Assembly: GCA_012295275.1 (NCBI GenBank)
Contig: CM022678.1
Coordinates: 5,394,001-5,458,000 of the forward strand
Length of the DNA stretch: 64,000 nt
From: Chrysomallon squamiferum
Taxonomy: Eukaryota > Animalia > Mollusca
Direction: 5' to 3'
Shown: one piece after another, positions 29,224-62,468 of the stretch
How positions within the stretch are numbered: the stretch's first letter is position 1
Layout: every line of letters starts with the position of its first letter
The notes under the pieces: model-generated
Told to the model about the DNA's origin: nothing
The model's input: the letters and a program-made list of their open reading frames with translations, nothing else
Database searches by the model: none
Made by a program: the position numbers and the translations under genes

Positions 29224-39879
<10,656 letters not shown>

Positions 39880-40611
39880 CAAAACGAAATTCAGTTATTA
39901 TAAATGATATAACAATAATAAAAAAGTGAAAGTAAAATGTACACGGACCTTACTGAATTTTTACTTATATATATATAGATATAGATACTGATATATTTAT
40001 ATAGATATAGATATTTCTGTTAATAAAGCTTGAAATATTTTTTTCAATTATTTTATTTTATTTTTTATTTTTTTGTTCACACATACATACACACACAGAA
40101 ACACACATACACTATTACTGCAATACAGATATATATACACACTACTATGTATATATGTTTATAATTACTGCAACAACTACTAACAAATAACAATTACTAC
40201 TTTCACCACAACAACACTATTACAGGAACAACAACTACTACTACACTTTCACCAATTATACAGTTATTATTGCAACAACAATAACAGCAACAACAACTAC
40301 TGCTACTACAATATGTGTTACTACTATTACCATTAATACTGCTACCACTGCTATTATTATTTTCATTATATACATTATTTAGTATCTTCAGTGCTTCATT
40401 AAATGAAACATTTTTGTTGTTGTTGTTGTTGTTGTTGTTTACTACAATTTATATAAAATGATGTCATTCATCACCAATATCGCATTCTTTGACGAGCGCT
40501 TTTATCCACAAATTTGAGTTATGATATTCTTAACCGATATCCAATTTTTACGACTGTTTATTTAGTTTTTATTTAGTCATTGATTTACTGATTTATTGAT
40601 TTTTTTGGTGT

Positions 40612-40654
<43 letters not shown>

Positions 40655-41034
40655 TTATTTGCTGGTTAATTACGTATTTTAGTTAGTTACTTACTTTATT
40701 TATTTAGTACCTCAGCTAATTTGTAACCCACTTAATTAATTACATTTTAGTTAATTACTTACGTTGTTAGATAGATAGTTAGTTAGTTAGTTAGTTATTT
40801 TTAATAAGAGAGAGAGAGAGAGAGGGGGGGTCTATAAACCAAATATAATATATTTAAATTTGCAATAATTATTGCTTTCATTTCTTATTTACTTGAACAG
40901 TTTTCATGAAAACTCAGAAAAGAAAACAAAACAGGTTTCACATGCTGTATTTATTGCTCGTAGTTTGTTCTGGTGATGAGTTCTAGACTCTTATTTCTAA
41001 CAGGTAATTCGTGTAGGTATTGTCATGAAAACTT

Positions 41035-48512
<7,478 letters not shown>

Positions 48513-49150
48513 TGTTGCTTTACCATGGAAACGAGGCTTCTGTTCCTGAAATAACAGCGTGTCTGGCATATATATATATATTATAAATAAACGCACACAC
48601 ATACAGAAGTTTACAAGAGTATTTATATGCAGACAGACACACAAACAGACATACGGATACATATGTAGATAGATATACAGACAGACAAATAGAAAGCTAG
48701 CTAGTTAGATAAAGAACAAAATAGATAGGTAGAGAGAGAGAGAGAGGCAGACCGACATGGAGATGGATTAAATAGAATGATTGATGTTACTGTTCTTGCA
48801 ATAGTAATTGCTCTATTAATATTACTGCCATGGTCTTTTAAAAAAAAAAAAAAAAATCTTCCTTGTTCCTTGTGTGTGTCCTTTTTGCAACACTCAATTT
48901 CTGTTGGATTTAGTCTGTCTGTATGTCTGCGTCTTTCTTTATCTACCTGCCTACCTGTATATCTATCTGTCTGTCTAGATATCTATCTATATATGTCTGC
49001 CTGCTGTCTGCACGACTGTTGTTAAGGTTGAGATTTAAACTGGTTATAACCTGTAGACTCGAATTTAACTGAACAACAGCTGTGCAAGGACAGACACGCA
49101 GACATACGTACATGGAAAAACGGGTACGCACATAAAGAAGAATATCCGGA

Positions 49151-50012
49151 ATTGTGCGAACGTGTGAGTAGTTTAACGAATTAGCAAGGTAGGGAGAGAT
49201 GACTGAAGAAAAGAAAGAATGAATGCGACAATGAATGAATCAATAACTCAGTAAAACAACGAATGACAGAAAAAAGGCAAGGAGCGAACGAGCAAACTGC
49301 TGAATGTATTAACGGAAGGACAAAAGGACGATCAAAAAGAACCAGTCAAGCAAGCATCCAACAAAAAAAAAGATATCGAGTCAGTCGACGAATCCAAATA
49401 ACACTTAACGTAATTACAACGTACTCACAAAGTCGTGGTTTCACTGTACACAGTCAAGTACACATAACGTAATATTTTTACCTCATTATAAGTACGATCT
49501 GTCTGCATTTCTGTAAAATTCCACGTTTCAGTTCTGTGGCTTTTTTTTTATGCTAACAACAATGACAATATACACAGAGACCGACTACACAAACGAAAAC
49601 TCTGTACTGAAGTTATACAGAGTCGTTGACGAATAAACAGTTACCTTCAGCTTTCAGAGAAAAAACACCTACTGAACTCGCCTCCGTATATTAAACAGAA
49701 GCAAGCAGGTACAAAATCGAAAAACAATGAATAATAAACTAATCTAAAACAAATAAAATAATATAAAATAATATAAAATAAATAAAATAATATAAAATAA
49801 TCTAAAATACAATAAAATACAATAAAATAAATGAAATATAATTATGCTCCAATTAAAAATACATCGATCCAGCAGTTCTGAACGCTTGGTTCTGCAGTTT
49901 TTCGATAATTTGAAGAAGGCTGAATTCACTCGGACAGTCACAATCAAACACATCATCAAGTTAATTTTGTCGAGAGTGTTTACGAAAATCTATATTAATA
50001 ATTACTGCACCT
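49151..50012 (+). repeat. Segment X', a diverged direct copy of 8259-9350
   Basis: Same collinear blocks as segment X. Confidence 0.85.
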
Positions 50013-50289
50013 TTTTTAATCATAGATAACACATAAGATAACAGAACTTTTAATTAGCAAAAGCCATTTACTATACCACAGGCTTTTCGTCTTCGTACTC
50101 ATTAACTTTTTTATACCGTTGTTGTTGCTGCTGCTGCTCCTGTCATTGTTGTTGTTGTCGTTGTTGTTATTTCTGTTACAATTATCACTATTATTGTTGT
50201 TGTTGTTATTGTTGTTGTTGTTGTTATTGTTGTTGGAGTGGGTGTGATCACTTTCATTATTGTTACTGGTAAAACTATTGTTGCTGTCG

Positions 50290-50326
<37 letters not shown>

Positions 50327-51004
50327 TATTATTATTATTATCATTATTATTGTTATTATTGTTATTATCATCATCATCATCATCATCATCATTATTATTA
50401 CTGAAAATGCAAATACTTATAATAAATTTATTTATTGTTATTTTTAAATTATTGTTTTTCTTCTTTCACTTACTAAAAATAACATTTAAAAAAAATAATA
50501 ATAATAAAATAAAATGAAATAATAATAAAAAATAATTAAATACAAAAATTGTCAATAACCTATACTACGTTTTGAAAAAAGCCACATGTTTAGCGTCAAA
50601 AAAAAAAAAAAAAAAAAAAAAAAATATTAAACGATAAGAAAAAAAAAAAAAAAAAAAATTAAACGATAAGAAAAAAAAAAAAAAAAATTAAATATGTTTG
50701 TAGAACAACGACAGCTCTGATCATGAAGTATAAATGTCACACGAATGTTTCTTCCCTCTCATGTAGTAGTGTCTCATGCATAATGTAAATAAAAATAAAA
50801 TTCTATGCTTTTCACTGCGTAGACGCAAGCTAAACCGAGACAAAGCTTACATCAAAATCAGGTATTTCTTTATCTAATGTAAATAGTAAGAGAAGCCTAT
50901 TTATCCCGTGAACGATTCGTGTTAACCACAACGAACAAAAACAAAATAAAAAACAAACAAGATTATCCAACAGAACCATTAAATCTAATAATAATAATAA
51001 TAAT

Positions 51005-51097
<93 letters not shown>

Positions 51098-51408
51098 CAG
51101 TAGAAACAGTAGTAGTAGTAGTAGTAGCAGTAGTAGTAATAGTAGTAGTAGTAGTGGTAGCAGTAGTAGCAGTAGTAGCAGTAGTAGTAGTAGAAGTAGT
51201 AGTAGTAGTAGCAGTAGTAGCAGTAGTAGTAGCAGTAGTATCAGTAGTATCAGTAGTAGTAGTAGTAGAAGTAGTAGTAGTAGTTCTTTAAAAACAAGTA
51301 TTTTTATGTTTACTACTACTAGTAAGTAAAATGATGGGGTTAATAGTTCAGCTATTATTAACATATAAATATATAATTAAAATAATGATAATAATAATAA
51401 TAATAATG

Positions 51409-51456
<48 letters not shown>

Positions 51457-51804
51457 GTAATAATAATAACAACAACAACAACAATAATAATTGTATTTAT
51501 TTATTTATAAATGTGTGCGTGTGTCACTTGTATTGAGTTTATCTGTAGATAAAAAACATTAAGACAGCCAAGTAGATTTTACTCTTGAATAAACAAGAAG
51601 AAAAAAGGTTAGTATCTTACGTCATCGATAGCACGTTTCAGTAACAAGTCATTTTAGTTATTTTATCTCGATTTCGTGGCGGTCCAACTTCTCTTCAAGC
51701 GGCTACGATCTCCTGTTTGTGTGCTTGTCTCAGAGAAATGAAAACTTGGTTTCCACGGTAACACAGTCTCATTGTCATCTCTTTTCTTTTTTAAAAGTTG
51801 CATT

Positions 51805-51896
<92 letters not shown>

Positions 51897-52022
51897 GTGA
51901 ACTCAGAGAATGTGTTGAATACAAACACATTGACACACATATACATACACACATAACATATTTTCTTATTCACCATGTTAACTGAATGTTTAATTACTGT
52001 TTGATATTATGTGTGTGTGTCT

Positions 52023-52079
<57 letters not shown>

Positions 52080-52495
52080 GTATTGAGCAAATAATAATAA
52101 TAACAGTAGTAGCAGTAGTAGTAGGAGAATTTCTACTACTACTACAACTATTGCTAATACTACTACTACTTATGAATATTATTATTATTATTAAATCTAT
52201 AGTAATAATAATAACAACAACAACAATAATAACTGTATTTATTTATCTATAAATGTGGGTCGTTTTGACTTGTATTGAGTTTATCTGTAGATAAAATATT
52301 TAAGAGACCCAGGAAAACTTTATTGTTGAAAAGAAAACGAGATTAGAAGCTCGTGTTATCGCTGACAGGTGTTTTAGTACTAAGTCATTTGAGTTTTATC
52401 TCCATCACGATATGGTCAAAGTTCTCTTCAAGCGGATGTATGAAATCAAGAGTTTGCGTGTTTGTCTCAGATACAAAGTTTTATATAGTTGTATT

Positions 52496-55250
<2,755 letters not shown>

Positions 55251-55398
55251 GTTTGTGGACTCAGATAATTTGTTGAATGCGAACATTCACACACAGACAC
55301 ACAGACACATATTTTCTTACTTACCAGATTAACTGAATGTTTAATTACTGTATGATACTGTATATGTGTGTGTCTTTGTGTGTGTGTTAGTATTTACA

Positions 55399-55435
<37 letters not shown>

Positions 55436-55586
55436 GTAGTAATAGTAATAGTAATAGTAATAAAGACTATAGACTCGGAGGAATGGAACAGATTAATTAC
55501 ATTTATTATTTTGTTTGGTTTATTTCAGAATAAAAGAACTATAATTCTAAAGAAAACGTTTGGATTTCACAGATAGCGGACACACA

Positions 55587-57130
55587 ATGAAATACGTTTT
55601 CGCTATAAAAAGAATAATTTTATTCGTCATAACACTTCGTCATTTTCTTTATGTTCACGTATTTTACAAGAGGAAAACAAAACCTGTCTTACGTGACACT
55701 CTGGTATGATACCACTCCAAAAAATGTCATGGAAACCCTGTTCTACGAAGAGTCCGGCGTTGGGGACACCCCTGTTTATCCAGCACGTGAACTCAACGTC
55801 ACGTGCAGACACGAAGATGCTAAACGCCGGAATGTTCCGTTTACACCCAAAGAGGCTGCGAAGATTTTACAGTGGTACAAAAGCGTGGATAATTATTTCA
55901 GCCCAAACAGGACAGATCCAATTAACATGCCGGAAGAAGAAAGGCGATAATTTGTTTCAGAACTACGATTACCACAACCCGTCAGTTCATCGCTTAGAAG
56001 ACGCGAAGTTCGATTACTTTTATTTTTCTGGAAAAAATCTTTCGTGTTTCAAACGTGGAACACAGAAAGTCAAAAATATCAGAGGCGATGGTACCATTTG
56101 TATATGTCACCCACGTTTCACTGGTAAATATTGTTCTGTGCCTAAAACCGTAGACGTGGGCGTTGAAGAGTTAGATTATAATTACGAGTTCACGCCTCGA
56201 CTGGTTCCGCGCAGAATTATCTTCGCCTTGACGTTCAACATGGAACACGTTGTGCTTTTTCTGAAAATGTTACAGACCGCGCCCGCCGTCGATTTATTTC
56301 TCATCCTGGAAGGAAACGTCACCAACTACGGTGATCCGAAACCGCTTTACTTACTTCCGGCTTTGAAGAGGGGATTCCTGCGCCGCTGGCACGGTAAGAT
56401 AATGCACATGTTTAACGGTGAATTTGTTCCGGAGGCTCGAAAACGAGGCGCTGGTTTTGCTCAGGAAGCTCACATCAGAAGGATGTTCGGACCTGCGCTG
56501 AAAGAACGTGTTAAAAACGTGCGCGATGATGATTTGTTTATGTATTTCGACGCAGACGAGACTCCAGGGCTGGACGAGCTACTTTTTCTCAAACTGCACG
56601 ACGGATTTCCGGTTCCCGTTGGATTTTTCTTGCAGCTGTTTCGCTACGGATTGTACTGGTTCGACCAGAAAGTGAAGTGGCCAGCTATGGGTGTGTCTAC
56701 TGTTAAAATGTTTTACGACGTTTATTCGGGAAATTCAAATATTCTCCGAGGACACATTTATAACGATCGACTTAATACGGGAATAAAAAACTTCGGAGGA
56801 GACCGTTTGCACGACGTGTGGTTCATGGGCGCCGCAGAACTGCACGCTGGCTGGCATCTGTCGTATTTCGGGACACCGGGTCAAGTCTACGTGAAAATCA
56901 TGTCCACTATAAACGCAGACTGGCCAAGATGGGCAGATAACCCAAAGAACAGAAACATTACATACATTTTAACCCTTTTCAGACGGGGTCGGTTCTTCGA
57001 TCTCAAACACGACTTCGTACCCGTCTGTCCTAACACAAACCCGACATTTAAAGACTTAAGCTACATGTTTAAACATCCGAACTATTTTAACTATTTACTG
57101 GTAAACCCTAGCAGGATTGTTACGTCGTGA
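55587..57130 (+). pseudogene. MGAT3: GT17/MGAT3-like copy 3 with two frameshifts (pseudogene or assembly indels)
   Basis: ATG 55587 (MKYVFAIKRIILFVITL) aligns with copy 1. A 2-bp deletion at 55638/55639 (ctt-c--gtcatt vs cttcaggtgatt) and a 1-bp A insertion at ~55941 split the CDS over three frames. The catalytic domain is otherwise open to TGA 57130. Acceptor tttcag| at 55528. Confidence 0.85.
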
Positions 57131-57798
57131 TTCTAAGTTATTTATTGAAAATGTTATTCCTGTATTTATTTTTAAAAAATTGCTCGTACATTTATTTAAA
57201 ATAATATTCTTACATTGATTTAAAATATTACTCTTACATTTATTTAAAATATTACTCGTGTATATGTTTTGTTTATGTATGTGTGGGTTCTTAATTATGA
57301 TTTTCACTCAGAGAACTATAAATTTTTTCATTTTTTCCGGTGTAGGCATTTTTTTAGCAATGATCCTGGATATTAAAATTCGGTGTGCGTATAAAAATCC
57401 TTTAGGCAATATTCTCATTCGATGAACTGGTTTCTGATGTTCCATTGCGATCAAAAATATTACTAGTGTATTTGTTTTTTTTATAGGTATGTGTGTTGTT
57501 AATTACGATTATCACTCTCAGAACTATTTTTTTTTTACAATATTTCCGTTGTAGGGATTTGAGAAGTGATCCTAAATGTTGAAAATTCAGTCTGCGTACA
57601 AGAAATCCTTCAGGCAATATTCTCATTCTAGTTTCTGCTGGTTCCATTGCGATCAATAAATGTTCACCCTGCGACTGCTTTGTGTTTAAGTATTGTTTGT
57701 CTGAATCGGTGATAAAATAATCGAAACTGAAGCAAATGTTTGAGATTCATCTTCCTCGATTACTGATTACTCAATGTACTGAGTGTGTACGAGTTTAT

Positions 57799-57833
<35 letters not shown>

Positions 57834-58007
57834 TAAAATCTGTTTGTGTTGATTGGAGATTTGCGATATCCTAAATAAATACACACATCCAAGCATGCAG
57901 ACACATGATCTTCACACAAGATGAAAAGTAAACATCCTGATATAATTCGTTTAAAAAAATTGCAAAAACGAAGATTTCGAATTTAATGATAAATTAAATA
58001 TATATTA

Positions 58008-58240
58008 AAAAGAAGAAGAAGATAATAATAGTAAATTAAATAACAGAAAGAAGATGTTTGTCACACGAGGACAATTCTCCGGTTTCACGAATAAATTGCA
58101 CATTAATTTTCTTTGCTTCTCAGCAATGTCTTAAAAAGGAAGAAGATAATAATAGTAAATTAAATAACAGAAAGAAGATGTTTGACACACGAGGACAATT
58201 CTGCAGTTTCACGAATAAATTGCACATTAATTTTCTTTGT
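58008..58240. repeat. ~120-bp tandem duplication
   Basis: gaagaagataataatagtaaattaaataacagaaagaagatgtttg…cacgaataaattgcacattaattttctttg occurs twice. Confidence 0.85.
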
Positions 58241-58344
58241 GTCTTAATAAATAAAAAAAAGTGTAAAAAAAAAAATTTCTTACGGTGTGTAGACCTAAGA
58301 TAAATCGTAGAAGGCGTACATGTAAAAAAAATAAACAACCTGTG

Positions 58345-58652
58345 TAATAATATAATATAATATAATGTAATGTAATGTAATGTAATATAATGTAATGTAA
58401 TGTAATATAATATAATATAATATAATATAATATAATATAATATAATATAATATAATATAATGTAATGTACTGTACTGTAATGTAATGTAATATAATATTA
58501 TGTAATGTAATAATGTAATATAATATAATGTAATATAATATAATGTAATGTCATGTAATATAATGTAATGTAATATAATGTAATGTAATGTAATGTAATG
58601 TAATATAATATAATGTAATATAATATAATATAATACAATGTAATGTAATATA
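58345..58652. repeat. (TAATA/TAATG)n pentamer microsatellite
   Basis: Directly visible. Confidence 0.9.
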
Positions 58653-58733
58653 AAGTAAACTCAGATAAAGAAAAAAAAAGAAAAACTAACAGAAATAAAA
58701 TTGTAAAAGTTCTTGTTATTATTATTATTATTA

Positions 58734-58765
<32 letters not shown>

Positions 58766-58867
58766 TATTATTATTATTTTAAATTATTATTATTATTACA
58801 TTTATTATGATTATTATTATTAGTAGTAGTAGTAGTAGTTGAGTATTTAAACTGAAGAGAATAAGGT

Positions 58868-58985
58868 GCAATGTCAAAAAGGCCAATGTTCACATTTATC
58901 TGAGTGTGGCACGTGAGTGGGCTAAATGCTTCTGTAATGATAATTACCTGGATACCGATGCGTGTGACACCGCACAATGTAAAGT
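58868..58985 (+). pseudogene. Decayed copy of the ZP-A second EGF exon
   Basis: Aligns to 34635-34755 (…ggcacgtg.gtgggc…aaatgcttctgtaatg.taattacctggatacc…). Carries TGT->TGA and an ~11-bp deletion. Confidence 0.8.
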
Positions 58986-59384
58986 AAGAAAACGCACGCA
59001 GATATGTGTAATAAAATAAGATTCAGTAAAAAGAAAAGTCAATATGGCCGACGTATAAAGATTACGTCCCACTGTTCTCTTTTCCTTAGCTTGTTTAACT
59101 TAGCAAAAGATTTTGTTTTTATCTGAATACGCAAAATAAATTAATGCACACACATAAACACATGCACACATATTTACACAAATGAAACTGTAGTAGAACA
59201 GAAGGAGATTAATCGCTAGTTAGATCTAAAGAACATACACCCAAACGTATTGTTCTCAACAAAATCACCGTAACATAAAAACATAAAGTAACTTTTTTTT
59301 TTCTTTTTTTTCGATTTAGTAACAGAAGTATTAAATTTGAAGCCATGTATAAAAAAACAAGACATCAAACAAACCGATGTCATT

Positions 59385-59870
59385 TTTTTTGGCGTCATTT
59401 TGTGTATCAATATGAAATAACAAACCCGCTGACGTCATTTAGTGTACCAATATGAAAAAACAAACTAGCTGACGTCATTTAGTGTACCAGTATGAAAAAA
59501 CAAACCCAATGACGTCATTTAGTGTATCATTATGAAAAAACAAACTAGCTGACATCATTTAGTGTACCAGTATGAAAAAACAAACCCAATGACGTCATTT
59601 AGTGTATCATTATGAAAAAAAAAACTAGCTGACGTCATTTAGTGTACCAGTATGAAAAAACAAACCCAATGACGTCATTTAGTGTATCATTATGAAAAAA
59701 AAAACTAGCTGACGTCATTTAGTGTATCATTATGAAAAAAAGAAACTAGCTGACATCATTTAGTGTATCATTATGAAAGAGTAAACATGCTGACGTCATT
59801 TAGTGTATCAATATGAAACAAAAAATAAAACGCTGACGTCATTTTAAGAACAATCCCGCTGACGTCAATG
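59385..59870. repeat. 40-bp minisatellite, ~12 units, each with TGACGTCA or TGACATCA
   Basis: Unit caaactagctgacgtcatttagtgtaccagtatgaaaaaa alternates with caaacccaatgacgtcatttagtgtatcattatgaaaaaa. Confidence 0.95.
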
Positions 59871-60110
59871 ATTTGTGTGTGTCATCTCTCTAGCTATATA
59901 CTTAAGACGATATAAATATATATACAGTTTTTATAAATAATAATAAGCAACTGAAAATCTACACAGTACAGACCATACTGAATTTTCACTGCATATATAT
60001 ATTTGTGTGCGAGTGTGTGTGTGTGTGTGTGTTAATAAAGCTTCAAATATGTTATTATTTTCTTCTTTTTTCTTTCTTTGTTTAGAAACACACACCCATT
60101 ATTACTACAA
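59870..60110 (+). pseudogene. Decayed copy of the ZP-A terminal exon and 3' UTR
   Basis: tgtgtgtcatctctctagctatatacttaagacga matches 39836-39870. gaccatactgaattttcact and ttaataaagcttcaaatat match 39947-40040. Confidence 0.7.
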
Positions 60111-60494
60111 TATGGAAAGATAAATATACAAATTATTATTATAGTGCTTATATATATATATATATTATGTCTACGATTGCTAATACCACTCCTACCAATT
60201 ATGCTAATGTTATAGCTACAACAATAGCAACTACTACTACTGCAATGTATTTTACTACTAACAACACTACCAAAAAACAACTTAAACTAATAAATTAAAT
60301 AAATAAATAAATAAATTAAAAAAATAAACAAATAAAATAATTCCAACAAATACGCTTATAGAAATCTGAGGCATCTGGATGGAGGAAGCATCAGAAAAAA
60401 CAAAAATAAAAAAATATTTAATGATTGATCAGACTACTGATCTATAAGTTAACTAATCACTACTAATGATCTCTGAAGAAACGAGAACAAACTA

Positions 60495-60562
60495 CGTTGT
60501 CGTTGTTCCTGTTACCGTCCTCGTTGTTATGTTCGCATTTAATGTACTGCGAAAGAAAATTA
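60495..60562 (+). pseudogene. Remnant of a ZP-B-like TM exon, inverted relative to ZP-B
   Basis: gttcgcatttaatgtactgcgaaagaaaat versus ZP-B sense gttcgcataccatgcactgcgaaagaaaaat (41055-41085), preceded by Val-rich codons. Confidence 0.6.
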
Positions 60563-60700
60563 ATTTAATAATGAGCAAGATAAGTTAATATTTTTTTCAC
60601 AAATTTTGTTTTAAAAACATTTAAAGACTCTCTTCCAGGTAGTGCAAGGCAGGTCAGCATATATAGAAGCATACATACATACATACATACTGACAGATAA

Positions 60701-60827
<127 letters not shown>

Positions 60828-61906
60828 TATACATACTAATTCACTATCAAAACAGTTGACCACTAGTTATATACTTGTAACAATTTAAAAGAATAAATAA
60901 AAAAATAAATAAAAAGTGCTTGTTATATTAATGTGTCAGCGATACAAACATATTTTTCGCACATGTGTAACTCTCGCTTTAATTTGATGTTTTACTGTGT
61001 ATACGTGTTTTTTGACGCGATATTAAATCAAAACATAACCAGTTTAAACCACGATAAAATGTATTTTAATTGAAGATACTTCTTAGATAAAGATAAATGT
61101 CTTCTGAATGTTGTAAAAATTATTTTATACGTTTCTTCCGTATTTATGAATGTTCCATCGATTAATGAAGACAGTTTCTGCGTTTTATTTCTTAACACTT
61201 CAGTTTGTCTCATGTTTGAGAGTGAATGCGAATTTTCTGGATTTTTCTATTTCAAAAGTGATTTACCTTAATGTGACTGAGTTACATAAAGTGATTATCT
61301 AACGCATCAAGTGACGTCGCAAACTTTCAGTTTGAATAAACAACGTCAAGAAAAGGCGATAATATATCTCGAATTCCTTTGTAATGGAATGAAATACGAT
61401 ACTAAATCTTTCATTCACAATGTAAATATTCACTTTGTATAGAAATCCTGTTGTTTTTGTTTGGGGTTTTTTATTCAAATTTAAAGTTTTTAAATATTTG
61501 GTTGTCGCTAAGGATACGACGTATTCGAGGTGTGACGGAATTACAGTCTATGACGTCATTTTGATAGGAAGATCTATTTATCTACACCTTTCAACCACAC
61601 ACCCACGTTAATTTCTGCTAGTTTCCTATATTTAAAAGAGGTTAATTGTTTCTTGTTAAATCTTCTAAAATTTCATGCTCTAATATATTCGTGTTCAAAT
61701 CTTCTTCTACTGGCATAATGACAGACTGTGTATAGTTTACATTTTTTATACATACTTAAAATTGTTTTATTTTAAAAATTACCATTTCAAATTGATATTT
61801 TGATTTCAGCAGGATAGCATATAAAAAATATATATATATATTTGAAATGAAATGATTCCACTGATGAAAAAATTAGTTTTTCTTTTAAACACAGAATTTA
61901 TTAATA

Positions 61907-62156
61907 CATGTTAACATTACGTCACAGGATTTGTCATTGCATGTTAACATTACGTCACAGGATTTGTCATTACATGTTAATATTACGTCACAGGATTTGT
62001 CATTACATGTTAACATTACGTCACAGGATTTGTCATTACATGTTAATATTACGTCACAGGATTTGTCATTACATGTTAACATTACGTCACAGGATTTGTC
62101 ATTACTTGTTAATATTACGTCACACGATCTGTCATTACATGTTAACATTACGTGAC
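61907..62156. repeat. 33-bp minisatellite, ~7.5 units, containing TTACGTCA
   Basis: Unit catgttaacattacgtcacaggatttgtcatta. Confidence 0.95.
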
Positions 62157-62468
62157 GCTATAGAGGAACGAAAAATAAAATCCAGTGTTAACTTTTGCAA
62201 ACTTCTCTTATATGTACCATCTCACACATATAACACTACAACCTTTCTCATACCAGTAATTTTTATTTATTTCTATATTTATTTGTTCATTTATTTGCTT
62301 CTTTCGTTGTTTACTTATTTGTTTATTTGTTTATTTATTTGCTGTTTGTTTGTTTGTTTGTTTGTTAATTTTACTTAGTTGCTTACATACTCATTATTTA
62401 TTTATTCATTTAGTTTTATATATATATATATTACATGTTTAAAGATTCATTTATTATTATTTGTGATA

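Noticed and set aside
55706-55945. The N-terminus of the 474-aa ORF as a genuine alternative protein start or programmed frameshift
   Set aside because: It is the shadow frame of the normal stem (the same peptide appears in copy 1 at 4367-4621), lacks a TM anchor, and has no slippery-site structure.
59385-59870. CRISPR-like look of the 40-bp palindrome-containing array
   Set aside because: No unique spacers, no cas genes, and the context is eukaryotic and intron-rich.
61885-62378. Cys/His-rich repetitive ORFs (metallothionein-like)
   Set aside because: A by-product of a 33-bp minisatellite that is open in several frames on both strands, with no signal peptide or splice support.
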